DNA from: Malacoraja senta
Lineage: Eukaryota
Direction of reading: 5' to 3'
DNA: 64,000 nucleotides
Assembly: GCA_038087875.1 (NCBI GenBank)
Contig: CM075992.1
Location: forward strand, 11,100,001-11,164,000
The position numbers were made by a program, and so were the translations under genes. A model generated the notes under the pieces. It was given only the letters and a program-made list of their open reading frames with translations. It was not told where the DNA came from and made no database searches. The number at the start of each line of letters is the position of its first letter. Position 1 is the stretch's first letter. Of the stretch, positions 49,331-61,300 are shown in pieces.

Positions 49331-52300
49331 TGTAATGGGGATAGCTTGGACCCGATAGCAGCACAGAATCAGGCAGGTATAGTTGGTACTGAACTTTATT
49401 TCGATACTGGAACACAGGAATGGGTACATCGTACTCACACAGAGGCTCAGGATTGAGCGAGGGTTCCGAAGAGGGGCTGGCAGGTTCGAATCCTTGTGGG
49501 CAGTCGGGAAATCGCTGGAGAGTCTTGCATGAATGCTGAGAACAATCTGGCACTGTGGGAACGGTGAGGAGAGTCTATATACCGGATTAATTGGTGATCA
49601 GAGACAACTGAGTGCCACAGGTGAGGAGAGTTGGGCTGATTAGAGGGGAGTGGCAGGCAGGCAGGAGAGGACAGAGTGACAGAACCCCCCCCCCCTCAAG
49701 GGACGGCTCCTGACGTCCCAAAACAAAAGGAAAATAAACCCAATCCCACGCAGAGTTGGGTGGGAGGAGGGGGACCGGAGGAGGGCTAATATTCGTCCGA
49801 GACATCCATGTCCGCATCCTCCTCCCTAGCATCAGAGGAAAGCTCCGGCTCTTCGTCACTGGGCGCCTCAGACGGAAGAGGGGACAGAGTCTCAGGGGCG
49901 GCGACCCCTCTAGGAGTGGCGGACTTGGACGGCTGGTCGGGATGACGCCGGTGAAACTCCCTGATGAGGGAGGCATCCAGGATGTGTCGAGCAGGAACCC
50001 AGGACCTCTCCTCTGGACCGTAACCCTCCCAATCGACCAGGTATTGGAGACCCCTTCCGCGACGGCGGGAGCGCAGGAGGCGGTGCACCGTAAAGGCGGG
50101 GCCTCCGTCGATGAGACGAGGAGGGACTGCAGGGGCCAGGGAACTCTCCCGGACTGGCTTTACTCTGGACACGTGGAACGTAGGATGGACCCGCATGGAA
50201 CGAGGCAACTTGAGCCTCACAGCCACTGGGTTGATGACCTCCTGGATCTCAAAGGGACTGATGAACTTGGGTGCCAACTTCTTGGACTCCACCCTCAAGG
50301 GAAGGTCCCGGGTCGACAGCCACACCCTCTGGCCTGCAAGGTAGGTGGGGGCCTGGGTGCAGTGACGGTTGGCAGTCATGGCGTAACGGGCCCTGGAGCG
50401 GAAAAGAGCTGCGGCAGCGACGAATGAAGGCCTGGACGGACGGGCAGGAAACCTCTTTCTCCAGCGCCGGGAACAGTGGAGGCTGGAACCCGTAGGCACA
50501 CTGGAAAGGGGAGAGCCCAGTAGCCGAGCTTGTCAGGGTGTTGTGGGCGTACTCCACCCACAACAACTGCTGGGACCAGGAGGAGGGATGCTTGGACACC
50601 ATCCACCGCAGCGCCGTCTCCATCTCCTGATTCTTCCTTTCAGTTTGGCCGTTGGACTGGGGATGAAATCCAGACGTCAGACTCACGGTGGCCCCCACAA
50701 GCGTGCAGAACTCCATCGAGAACACAGCGGCAAACTGGGGTCCTCGGTCGGAGACCACATCGACGGGGAGACCATGGAGCCTGAAGACGTGGAGTAACAT
50801 GAGCTCGGCAGTTTCCTTGGCTGACGGAAGCTTGGGCAGGGGCACGAAATGAGCCATCTTGCTAAATCTATCGACCACGGTCAGGATGGTGGTGTGACCC
50901 CTGGATGGGAGCAGGCCGGTAACGAAGTCCAGGGAGATGTGGGACCATGGTCGATGGGGTACAGGCAGTGGAAGCAGATGGTTGCAAACGGGACAGGCGT
51001 TGACAAACTCCCGAGTGTCCTCCTCCAGCGATGCCCACCAGAACCTCCGTAGCACCATCTCCTTGGTCCGCTGAATGCCGGGATGACAGGCGAGTCGAGA
51101 GCTGTGGGCCCACTGAAGGACGTCGGACCGCAGGGCAGAAACCACAAACAAGCGATCAGGAGGGCATGCGCTGGGTCCCGGCTGGTTCTCCAAGGCCGCC
51201 TTGACCCTCTCCTCCACCTCCCAGGTGAGGGAGGCAACGCTGTGCGAGGACGAGAGGATGGTCTTGGGGCCAGAGCCAGACTCCTCCTTCGCCTAGAACT
51301 GTCGAGAGAGGGCATCGGGCTTCACGTTGCGGGACCAAGGTCGGTAGGAGAGGGAGTCAAGGCGACCCCTAGGAGGAGCGGAACCAGGCAGGAGGTCTAT
51401 GGCGCAGTCATAGGGCCGATGAGGAGGAAAGGAGGTGGCCCTAGACTTGCTAAAAACCTCCCCAAAGTCATGGTACTCGGCTGGGCCCCCCGTCAGATCC
51501 GGAGCAGCACTGGCGCAGGTGGCCGGTTGAGGAGCTGAGGCTTGCTTCAGGCACAGTAGGTGGCAGGAAGGGCTCCAACCCAAGACGACCCCCGTCCTCC
51601 AGTCGATGTTGGGGTTGTGTCGCCGAAGCCAGGGGTAACCCAGGATGAGGGGAAAACGGGGAGACTGCAGGATGTGGAACTGGATGGTCTCATGGTGATT
51701 ACCAGACAGGAGCATGCGCACTGGGACCGTCCGGTGAGAAACAGTCCCCAGGCGATGGCCGTCGAGGGCGTCGGCGGGAACAGGTTCAGGCAGCGGAACA
51801 CAACTGATGCATAGCTGGCGGGCTAGTTCCTTGTCCATAAGATTAATGTCACAACCAGAGTCTATGAAGGTGGCGAGGGTGTGAGGACCATCAGACAACA
51901 GCAGACGGGCATGACAAAGAGGGCGTCGGGCAGAGGAAAGTTCAGAGGTTCGACGTTCCCGTTCCTCGGGGGTGAAACTGGTGCGACCCACCTGCATGGG
52001 TTTGGGTTGCCTCGACAGTTGCCCCGACGAGGGTAGTCCAGTCTCCGGAGGAAAACGAGCTTGGGTGGATAGCTGGCGGTCCGCCGGTCCCTGTCGCCTC
52101 TCCCAACGTCTCGCCAGGATGCGTCGGTCCAGACGGGTCGTTAGCTCGATAAGCCCATCCAGAGAAAAAGGAAGGTCGTGGGACACCAACTCATCCTTGA
52201 TATAGTAATTCAAGCCCAGCAAGAAAGCGTCACAGTGGGCCGGGGCGTTCCAAGCACTCTCCCGGGCCCTGGTGCGAAAGTCGATGGCGAAGTCAGCGAC

Positions 52301-53231
52301 GCTCTGGTTCCCCTGGCTCAACCCCAGCAGACCTCCCGCAGTGTCCGGACCCATCGAAACCTTACCGAACACCTTGCGAAGCTCCGCGGTGAAGGCCTGG
52401 AAAGAGGAGCAAGCCGGCGTGCGTCGCTCCCATTCAGCCATTCCCCACAGCCGAGCTCTGCCAGTCAGGTGATTAATGGTAAACGCCACTCTCGCCGCTT
52501 CCTGGTCGAAGGTGTAGGGCTGTACGGCGAAGAGAATGGAACAGTTCGTGATGAATGGGTTGCAGCCCTCCGGGTCTCCAGCGTAACGCTTTGGGGTTCC
52601 CACCTGGGGCTCAGGTGATGTTCCTGGCAGACCGGGAGCTGGTGCTGTCGGAGCCGGAGGCGAAGCATGGGGTGTAGCCTGGGCGAGGGTGGTCGTCAGC
52701 TGTTGGACCTGGGTGACTAGTGCAATCAATGCTTGTTCTTGGTTTGACACAACCTGTCGAATCTCGGAGTTGGAGGCAGTGAGCATAGCTTCGTGCTGCA
52801 GGAGCGTGTGGTCAATCCTCCCGAAGCGGTTTGCCGGAGACGTAGTGTGCGCCGGGTACATTGTTGGCCAGATTGTACTGTAACGGGGATAGCTTGGACC
52901 CGATAGCAGCACAGAATCAGGCAGGTATAGTTGGTACTGAACTTTATTCCGATACTGTAACACAGGAATGGGTACATCGTACTCACACAGAGGCTCGGGA
53001 TTCAGCGAGGGTTCCGAAGAGGGGCAGGCAGGTTCGAATCCGTGTAGGCAGTCGGGAAATCGCTGGAGAGTCTTGCATGAATGCTGAGAACAATCTGGCA
53101 CTGTGGGAACGGTGAGGAGAGTCTATATACCGGATTAATTGGTGATCAGAGGCAACTGAGTGCCACAGGTGAGGAGAGTTGGGCTGATGAGAGGGGAGTG
53201 GCAGGCAGGCAGGAGAGGACAGACTGTGACA
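49331..53231 (-). mobile_element. Gypsy chromovirus (sushi-like) LTR retrotransposon, RT and RNase H deleted
   Basis: LTRs 49331-49681 and 52879-53231 (TG...CA, about 97% identical by eye); G-rich PPT at about 49682-49700; gag, protease FIDSG, integrase ([17 protein letters not shown]), chromodomain ([16 protein letters not shown]); TSD CACTC/CTCTC. Confidence 0.95.
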
Positions 53232-54060
53232 CTCTCACCTTAAGCTATGCCCTCTAGTCTTTGACATTTCCAGCCACGGATCAAAAAGGTTCTGGCTGTC
53301 TATGCTCTCTGTCTCTCATAATTATATAAACCACTATCAGGTCTCCTTTCAGCCTCTGATGTTCCAGACAACCCAAGTTTCTCCAACCTTTCCTTTTAGC
53401 TAATAACTTCTAATCCAGATAGTCTCCTGATAAACCTCCTCTGCACCTTTTCCAAAGCTTTCATAAACTTCCTGTCATGGGGCATCCAGAACTGCTCAAA
53501 TGCAACCTAATCAAAGTCTTCGAGCGCTGCAACATACCTTCCTGTCTCTTATGCCCAATGGCCTGGACCGATGAAGCCAAGCGTATCTAGGTGTTCTTTA
53601 CCACTCTATCTTCGCATGGTGCCACTTTCAGGGAGCCCTGGACATGGACCCCAAGATCCGTCTTGCCATTAACCCATTAATTGTTGACAGTTTTTCCTGC
53701 TTGCTTTATATTTTTCAAGAGTTTTGTCTGATTTCAGCTGCATAAACCTTACATGTGCTTCCTTTATATTTTTAATTCAACTTTTAACATCTCTCATCCT
53801 CAAAACTGCTTGATTCTTCCCCATCTTCATCACCCTGATGTGAGGGCCTCGGATCGCCAGCTGCGGGAGCTTTGATGGCCCCGACAACAGATGGTTTGAC
53901 AGCCCCGACCATGAAGAAGAGGGAGAGATTGGACTTTATTATCTTCCATCACAGTGAGGAATGTGGGGAGCCGCTGTGGTGGATGTTTATGTTACATTTT
54001 ATTTTATGTGGTTTTGTGTCTTACTGCTTTTCACTTGGTGTGGCCGTGTGGTAACTCGAA

Positions 54061-54298
54061 TAAGCGAGTTCGGTATTCCGACTGCGCATTCCGACTGGTC
54101 CACACTCCCCCCCCCCCCCGTCTACCACTCGAATCTGCCCCTCTATCTGCCCCCTGACAAATACAAACTTGAAAAAAGAAAAAAAATCAGACCCAAACTC
54201 GTTCACTCTACAGCGGTTCATTTGATTTTTATTTGTAGTGTTTCACCTTTGACAAATCCCATGATTCCTTGCATTTTTCGGAATACCGAACTGGCTTA
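54061..54298. mobile_element. MITE with about 21-23 bp terminal inverted repeats
   Basis: AATAAGCGAGTTCGGTATTCCGA ... TCGGAATACCGAACTGGCTTATT (one mismatch); interrupts the unclassified repeat. Confidence 0.75.
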
Positions 54299-54989
54299 TT
54301 TCACTGTACATTAATTGGTACATGTGACAATAAACCCATCTTGAATCTTAAATCTAAAATCTAAGCCCCTGGCACTAGGGCAGTCCTAGTCAATAGTAGG
54401 TAAGTTAAAACCACCACTACAACAATCCTGCTTTCCATACTGTGTATGGATGTTCCCCAGTTGACTTTTGGGAGACCTACAGTATAACCACTTTATTATT
54501 CCCGAGCTCTAACTGTGTGGCCTCGCGGAATGAGCCCTCCATCTCGGAGGTTTACCGCAAGGTACATTGGCTACTGTAAATTAACCGTGAGTGTACGTGA
54601 TCAACTGCAATCATGAGTCGTAGAGTCATAGAGCATGGAAACTGACCCTTCAGCCAACCTCTTCCATGTCGACCAAGATGCGCCATCTGCACTGGTCCAT
54701 TTGCCTGCAATTGGCCTATATCGCTCTAAACCTTTCCTATCGATGTATCTGTCCAAATGTCTGTTAAATATTGTTATAGCACTTTCCTCAACTACCTCCT
54801 CTGGCAGCTTATTCCATATACTAACCACACTGTGTGAAAAAGATGCCCCTCTGGTTCCTATTATATCTTTCCACTCTTGACTTAAACCTATCCTCTAGTT
54901 CTTCATTCCCCTTCTCTGGGTAAATGACTGTGCATTCACCCCACCTATTCCCCTCATCATTTTATAAACAAGGTATTAGAGATGATTCT

Positions 54990-55245
54990 TTTTTTTAAAT
55001 AATATTTTTATTAGAAGCAAGCACATATCATAATTAAAAACATTTCATGTATATCAGTCATACATTATAAATATCAGTTATGAATTGGTTCTGCTTCTAG
55101 TATTTTTTTTATAGAGAGTAAGTAAGGAAGGGAAAAAAAGAAAGCAAATGGCATAATAAAAAAGAATGGAATAATTTACCAATAATACATCATTGGAGAT
55201 AGGTTCGTAGATTATAAAATATAACTTTTCATCTAATCCTAAGTT
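54990..55245 (-). mobile_element. Short polyA-tailed retroposed insert (L1-type TPRT signature)
   Basis: 14-bp TSD TTAGAGATGATTCT at 54976 and 55246; polyT at left end; minus-strand AATAAA just upstream of the tail. Confidence 0.75.
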
Positions 55246-55671
55246 TTAGAGATGATTCTGAGGGAAAAGATATGTATGCATCTGCATAGATAGGGTTGAA
55301 AAGGGATAGCATGGTTTTGTAAATGGGAATTGTGTCCTATAAATCTGGTTCCTCTCCCTCTGCACTAAACATAGACAGGTACATGGCTGGGAAGGGATTA
55401 GAGCGACATCAGCATGGGCTGGTTGGGCCAAAGGGCCTGTTTCCGTTCTGTACGACGCTATGACTTTAAGTAAGATTGGGATTTGTTCCCAGGACAGAGG
55501 AACTTTCAAGGTGAATTGCCAGCGGTTTCCATCCCCAGAGGTCAGCCATTGCCGATGAGGTGAAGGAAAAGCAGGGCAATGTTGGAGGGGGGATGAGACT
55601 GGTATGTGGGTGACTTCACCCACAGGAACACAGATGCAAGCACTGGACAATTTGTTCACCAGCTGTGGGAG

Positions 55672-56273
55672 TAAAAGGCCTGTCTCACGAGTCTGCGGTC
55701 TATGGCGGCGAAACGGGAAGAATCTGCTGCCATAGACCGCGCACTCGTGAGAAAGTACAATTCCCGGGCCGAGCGGCGGTGTTCCCAACACCGCGCGGTG
55801 CTAAAATAAAATCGACAATGTCCAAAACTAAATACTCACCGCACAACCTCCACCAGTGATGCACGAGTGCGGCACAGCCGCTTGCACGGGCTGCCGCCAG
55901 TATGGCTCGAGCGCCGTGCGTCAAACCTCCACTGCCACAGCCTCCGCCAGTGATGCACGTGCCGCCGCCAGTGAGGCACGTGTGCTGCACGGCCGCAGGC
56001 ACAGCCACCGCTACAGCGCCGCGATCAGGATGGCCGCCGCCACTGGTGAGTCACGTGCGGCGGGCCGACGTCATCGCAGTCGGCCCGATCTTTTATTTAC
56101 TTACCGCAAGCACGTGGGACCCGCCATGTTTGAATTAACTCGGCCCCCGCGCAGCATCCGTGCGGCGCTCCGGTGGATAGGCTCGATGGTCTTGCCGTTG
56201 CCGCGCGGTCCTCGCTACCGGCGACGCCGCGCTTCACCGCCGATGACCGTAAACAGGTAAGGCAGAGCCTTAA
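55672..56273. mobile_element. CpG-rich putative MITE (PIF/Harbinger-like)
   Basis: Degenerate TIRs AGGCCTGTCTCAC.. / ..GTAAGGCAGAGCCT flanked by TAA; internal 27-bp hairpin. Confidence 0.5.
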
Positions 56274-56345
56274 ATAGAATCCTCCTTTGATGTTCCATCA
56301 GTGCAGTGAGCATGAAGGATAATCCCAATAGATTTTATAAGCACA

Positions 56346-58018
56346 CTAGACTGGGTCTGTTCCCCCAACGTGTGGTGGAGGGGGGCGGCATGCGGTGTCA
56401 CACACACTGACTACCCCCCCGCACACACATTAACTACCCCCCTTGATATTATATTAATATTATTAATTTGCTCCTTTTACACCATAACCGCCCTATCCAC
56501 TGATGACTAGCCCCCAACTCGCAGGTGCGTCTAGAGAGGATGGGGGGGGGGGGTAGAGAGTGAGAGCAGAGAGAGAATGAGGAGAGACAGAGAGAAAGGG
56601 GCAGAGACAGAAAGGCAAGAGACAGAGGGAGAGGGGGTGGAGGGGAGGAGGAGAGGGATGGTGGGTGAGGGGGAGGGTGGGGGAGGAGGGGTGAGAGAGA
56701 GGGGAGGAGAGAGAGAGGGGAGGAGAGAGAGGGGGCTGAGAGGGGGGAAGGGAAGGGGAAGAGGGGGGAAGGGAGGGGAGAGGTGGGGGGAAGGGAGAGG
56801 GAGAGGTGGGGGGGGAAGGGAGAGGGGGAGGGACGCGATGGGATGGTGGGAAGGGGGTAAGGGAGGAGGGAGGGAAGGGGGTATGGGAGGAGGGAGGGAA
56901 GGGGGTATGGGAGGAGGGAGGGCAGGAGGGAGATGGGGGAGGGGAGAGAGGGGAAGAGTGTGGAGGGAGGAGAGGGGTACGTGGGAGAGAGGGGGAAGAG
57001 TGGGGATGGAGAGGGAGAGGGGTAGGGGAGAGGGGAAGAGTGGGGAGGGAGGGAGAGGGGGAGGGAGAGGGGTGGGGGCAGTCCATCTATTCCCCACTCC
57101 CTATCACCCCTACTCCTCTCCCGCTAATCCCACACTCTCCCTACTCACCTCCCCCATTCCCCTCTCTCCCTCCCTACTCCCTCAATCCCCCTCTTCACCT
57201 CCCCAGGATCTCGCCTGTCCTCCGGATCTGCAGAACTTGCTCGTTCACAGAGAGGAACACAGACAGGGAGGAGTCAGAGAGCCAAATGCCTGCGGGGTCG
57301 GGGTGTTGACGTAACTCGGCCTCGCGACGCCCACAGCCGTTGATTACTGCCATCTGACAACAGCCCTTTAAAGCCGCTCAGGCAAGACGCGTTCACCCAG
57401 GAGCGAGCGAGCGATCACAGCAAAGAAGCACCGGCTTCTGACTCTCCCACAGCTGGAATGAGCGCGCAGGGGATGGGAGGGGGCGCAGACGGGCGGGGCT
57501 TCACGAGCTGCACCAGCTGTGAGGAGAAAGTTCAGCGGTCGCGGAACGGAGCTGCAGAACTTGTGAGGAGAAATTCAGCGCGTGAGGAGTCGCTGCCCCG
57601 AGATCTGTAGAACAAAGAAGCTACAGCGGGAACGCAGCTGTAGAATCTTTGTTCTGCAGAACTTTGTTGATATTTCTGTGCCTTTAATCCTCAGCGGCTG
57701 GGGTGGGGTGGGATAAGGACGCAGGCGGGCCTGGATTTGGTGGGCATGTGGGCATTGTGACGTCAGCAGCTGGTGAGCGGCTTTTATATTAAAAAAAAGT
57801 GAGTTTTGTGAACAATTTTATTCAAAATCTGGGAAAATAATTGACCACGGAGTGGATTTCTGAACTCATGTTAAATCCCTACCGCAATTGTAAAAATCTC
57901 CGCGTTTTTGCGTCTGGTTTTCGAGGAGATACGTTTCAAAGGCAAAGTGCCGTACACCCCCCCCCCCCCCCAAACACACACACGCACACACACACACTGA
58001 GTTTTAAAAGTATATAGA
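56346..58018 (-). mobile_element. Non-autonomous Helitron inserted in a CR1
   Basis: Minus strand A|TCTATATAC...CTAG|T, no TSD; host CR1 rejoins as AAGCACA|TGAAGGGGAAAAGGG. Confidence 0.82.
56530..57205. repeat. Low-complexity GA-rich tract followed by a CT-rich tract
   Basis: About 550 bp almost purely G/A on +, then about 120 bp C/T-rich. Confidence 0.9.
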
Positions 58019-58329
58019 TGAAGGGGAAAAGGGTAACCAGAGAGAGAGTGGGGCCCTCAGGAATCAAAGCAGTCAACTCTGTGGAGCCACAGGAGATGGG
58101 CAAGATCCTCAATGAGCATTTCTCCTCTGTTTTTACCATGGAGTAAGACATGGGGACCGAGGAACTTATAAAGGTTTCAAAGGTATTTTACTATCACGTG
58201 GACCAATTAAGGTCCAGTGATATGCGAATTACCATACAGCCATATGAAAAAATAAGCAACAAGACACAAATACATAAAAGTTAACATAAACATCCACCAC
58301 AGCGGATTCCCCACATTCCTCACTGTGAT

Positions 58330-61300
58330 CTACTTACTTCTTAAGCTGTTTGCTCCTCTGGGGAGCATGGGCCATTCACAAATATCCTCCACCTCATTTG
58401 GTTGTTGGCAGTTCTTCCCCAGTTGAGCCCACTCTCAAACATTTCTGCCTGGACACCTCTTCTCCAGCTGTTCATGGTGACCTATTTTCCATTTTCCTTG
58501 GGGGTTCCATTTCGGGGATTCCATTTCAGGGCTTGCTGGTGATGTTTCAGTCAAGCCCAGGACTAAGAGATTGTAGCGCACCATTTAGTTGGCAATTGTG
58601 GCAGCCTTGCCAGCCCTGGAACATGGTTTGAATGTTCCATGTCCCCACAAGGATGGATTTCTTTGGCGTCAGAGGTGAGTCAGCTTCCCAGGGCCGTTAC
58701 GGGTTTGGCTGGGAAGCATCATGTTCCCCATCGCTGGGGCATCTTCTTCAACCAAGTGTGTAATTTGGTTTTCATTCGTCAATGTTTCTGTAACTCACAC
58801 TTTTTTCCAGGTGGGGTAGTTATCCCCACGCCCAACCCCCAACTTGGAGGACCAGGGACTGTTTCATCTGCCTCCTCACCCGAGACCCGTCCGGTTTGGT
58901 TGAACGTGCCAGGGATATGAATCTCTCTGGGCCCAACTAAGGGATGGGATAATCACCCCCACAGTCGATGGTCTTGAATCTCCGGGTACACCTGGGGAAG
59001 GCCCCTCTGCCACTGGTCCCAGGGTTGGGACTGAGGTGGAGGAGAGACCAGTGGGTGGGGCAGAGGCAACCGCTGCACAGGGTGAGGCGGGTGTTTTGAG
59101 CACTGAAGGTGTGTCCGGAGTTGGGGTTGGTGACTCCAGTCTGCAGTGAGCAGGTGGAAGGGGACTCCTCGGGCAATGAGTCAATGGGATGTTCTCGCTC
59201 CCCGACGCCAATCCACTCATGCCAGTGGAGGAGATCCGCGAGTTCATCACGGCCACCGAAGGAGCCCAACATTGGCCCAGACTGGCCTCCCTTCGGTGGC
59301 CGAACTTAAAAGGGCTCACTAGCTCGCTGAAACTCATCCTCAAAAAGAGGGGGAGGGGCAAGGGGTCGAAGGGGGTTAAGGGAATGACCGGCGTCAGCTC
59401 AGATCCTTTTCGGACGACCTGCAAAGGGATGCCAAGGCCGAGAGCAGTGTCGTTCCTGCTGAGGGTAGACGGAGCAGTATAGCGTCCCTTGTAGCAAAGA
59501 TCCGGAAGGTAAGAACCACCGCCAATCCACCTAGGGTCCGTAGGGGGAGGACCAGCTCTGCTGTCAGCGACCGGGAGACTGGTGAGGGGATCTAGTGTAC
59601 TCGTGACATGGCGATCACCGTAGCCAGTTACAACATAACTGGCAGCAGGAGGCCTCTCCGCAGGTTTAACCATCTCTCAACCCTGATGCGGAGAGCTTCC
59701 TGCAGGAAAGCCACCAGGACAAGTCCACCTGGCTCCTGGAGTGGGGTGGCGAGGTCTTCATGATTCACCTCAGCTCCATTTCCAGTGGGGTGGCCATTTT
59801 GTTGGCCCCGAATTTCCGGCCTGAGATCCTAAAGATCCAGGAACTGGTGCCAGGCAGCTTGCTTCACTTGGCTGTGCGCCTGGATGGCGTGCCGTTGCAT
59901 TTTGTCAACGCGTACGCCCCCAAGCTCGCCGTGTTGCAGACACACCTGTTCCAGGAGGTGTCTGCCCTGCTGAGCTCCATCGGCCCAGGTGACTGCGTGA
60001 TCCTCGGGGGTGATTTCAACTGTACCCTTGAGGAAGGAGACTCTTCCGGTCTCCAGCGTCGTCAGGAGTCGGTGAAGAAGTCGAAGGAGCTCGTGGGCTC
60101 CTTTGACTTGGTAGACACCTGGAGGAACCTCCACCCGAACTCAAGGGCCTTCTCCAGGAGGTCAGAGGGAGGTGGGTCTCACATCGACCGCCTGTATATT
60201 TCTCGGGCGTACGTCTCCCGTGTCTCGGCGGCCTCCATGCTGCTGGTGCCGTGCTCGGACCACCACCTGGTGTGGGCGGAGTTTACCCCGCTGCTGCACG
60301 AGGGGAGGGTCCGCCTACTGGCATTTTAACAACCGGTTGCTGGAGGATCGCCGCTTCTGGGACTCGTTTGAGAGGTTCTGGAATACCTGCAAGGGGAAGC
60401 GGGGAGGATTTCACTCCCTGCGGCTATGGTGGGATGTGGGCAAGGCCCACATCCGGAGTTTCGGTCAGGAGTACACTAGAGGATCGACCAAGAGACGCGA
60501 TTCCAAGATCAGACAGCACGGGAGTGAGCTGCTCGATTTGGATTCGCGTCTAAGTCAGACCGTCGGGAACATGATCCCCTGGAGGGAATACCAGGAGAAG
60601 GACACGCTGAAGGAGCTACAGTTAGAGCAATCTCGAGGCGCGTACGTGAGGTCGCGGATCCAATTGCTCCACGATTTGGACCGCGGTTCACCCTTCTACT
60701 CGCTGGAGAAGTGGCGGGGAGTCTGTCAGCAGTTAGTGGAGCTGCTCGCTGATGATGACTCCTCCGTCACTGAACCAGAAGACATCAACGCAGCGATTCG
60801 TTCCTTTTATGGGATCTTGTTCTCACCAGATAGTTTCGGCTGGGACGAGTGCAGTGATCTGTGGGGTCTAGCCATAGTCGACCCGGAGGGTGTCGAGCGT
60901 CTGGATGCCCCCCTGACACTGGATGAACTGACCGCAGCCCTCCAACAGATCCGAAGGGGCAAATCCCATGGCCTGGACGGGCAGACAGCAGAGTTCCTCC
61001 GCACTTTGTGGGGGATCCTGGGGGAGGACTACACCATGGTACTGAGGGAGAGCCTGGCGACCGGAGAGATGCCCCTCTCTTGGCGAAGGGCTGTCATGGT
61101 CCTTCTGCCCAAGAAGGGCGATCTCCGCCATCTAAAAAACTGGTGCCCAGTCTCCCTCCAAGGCAATGGCAAACCGCCTGGGCCCAGTGCTGGCCCAAGT
61201 GATCCACCCTGACCAGTCTTACACGGTCCCGGGCCGGTCCATCCAGGACAATATCCATCTGGTCCGGGACCTGGTCTACCTGGCTCAGGAGACCGGTGTA

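Noticed and set aside
51293..53101. 602-aa ORF as a domesticated PEG10/RTL-like gene
   Set aside because: Begins inside the LTR, is flanked by two similar LTRs with a TSD and contains deletions; the true gag start is near 52861.
56493..57314. Pro-rich and Gly/Arg-rich ORFs
   Set aside because: Artefacts of a low-complexity purine tract within a Helitron.
58876..59673. 265-aa minus-strand ORF
   Set aside because: Antisense to the Tx1 ORF1/ORF2 junction; GC-rich shadow frame.
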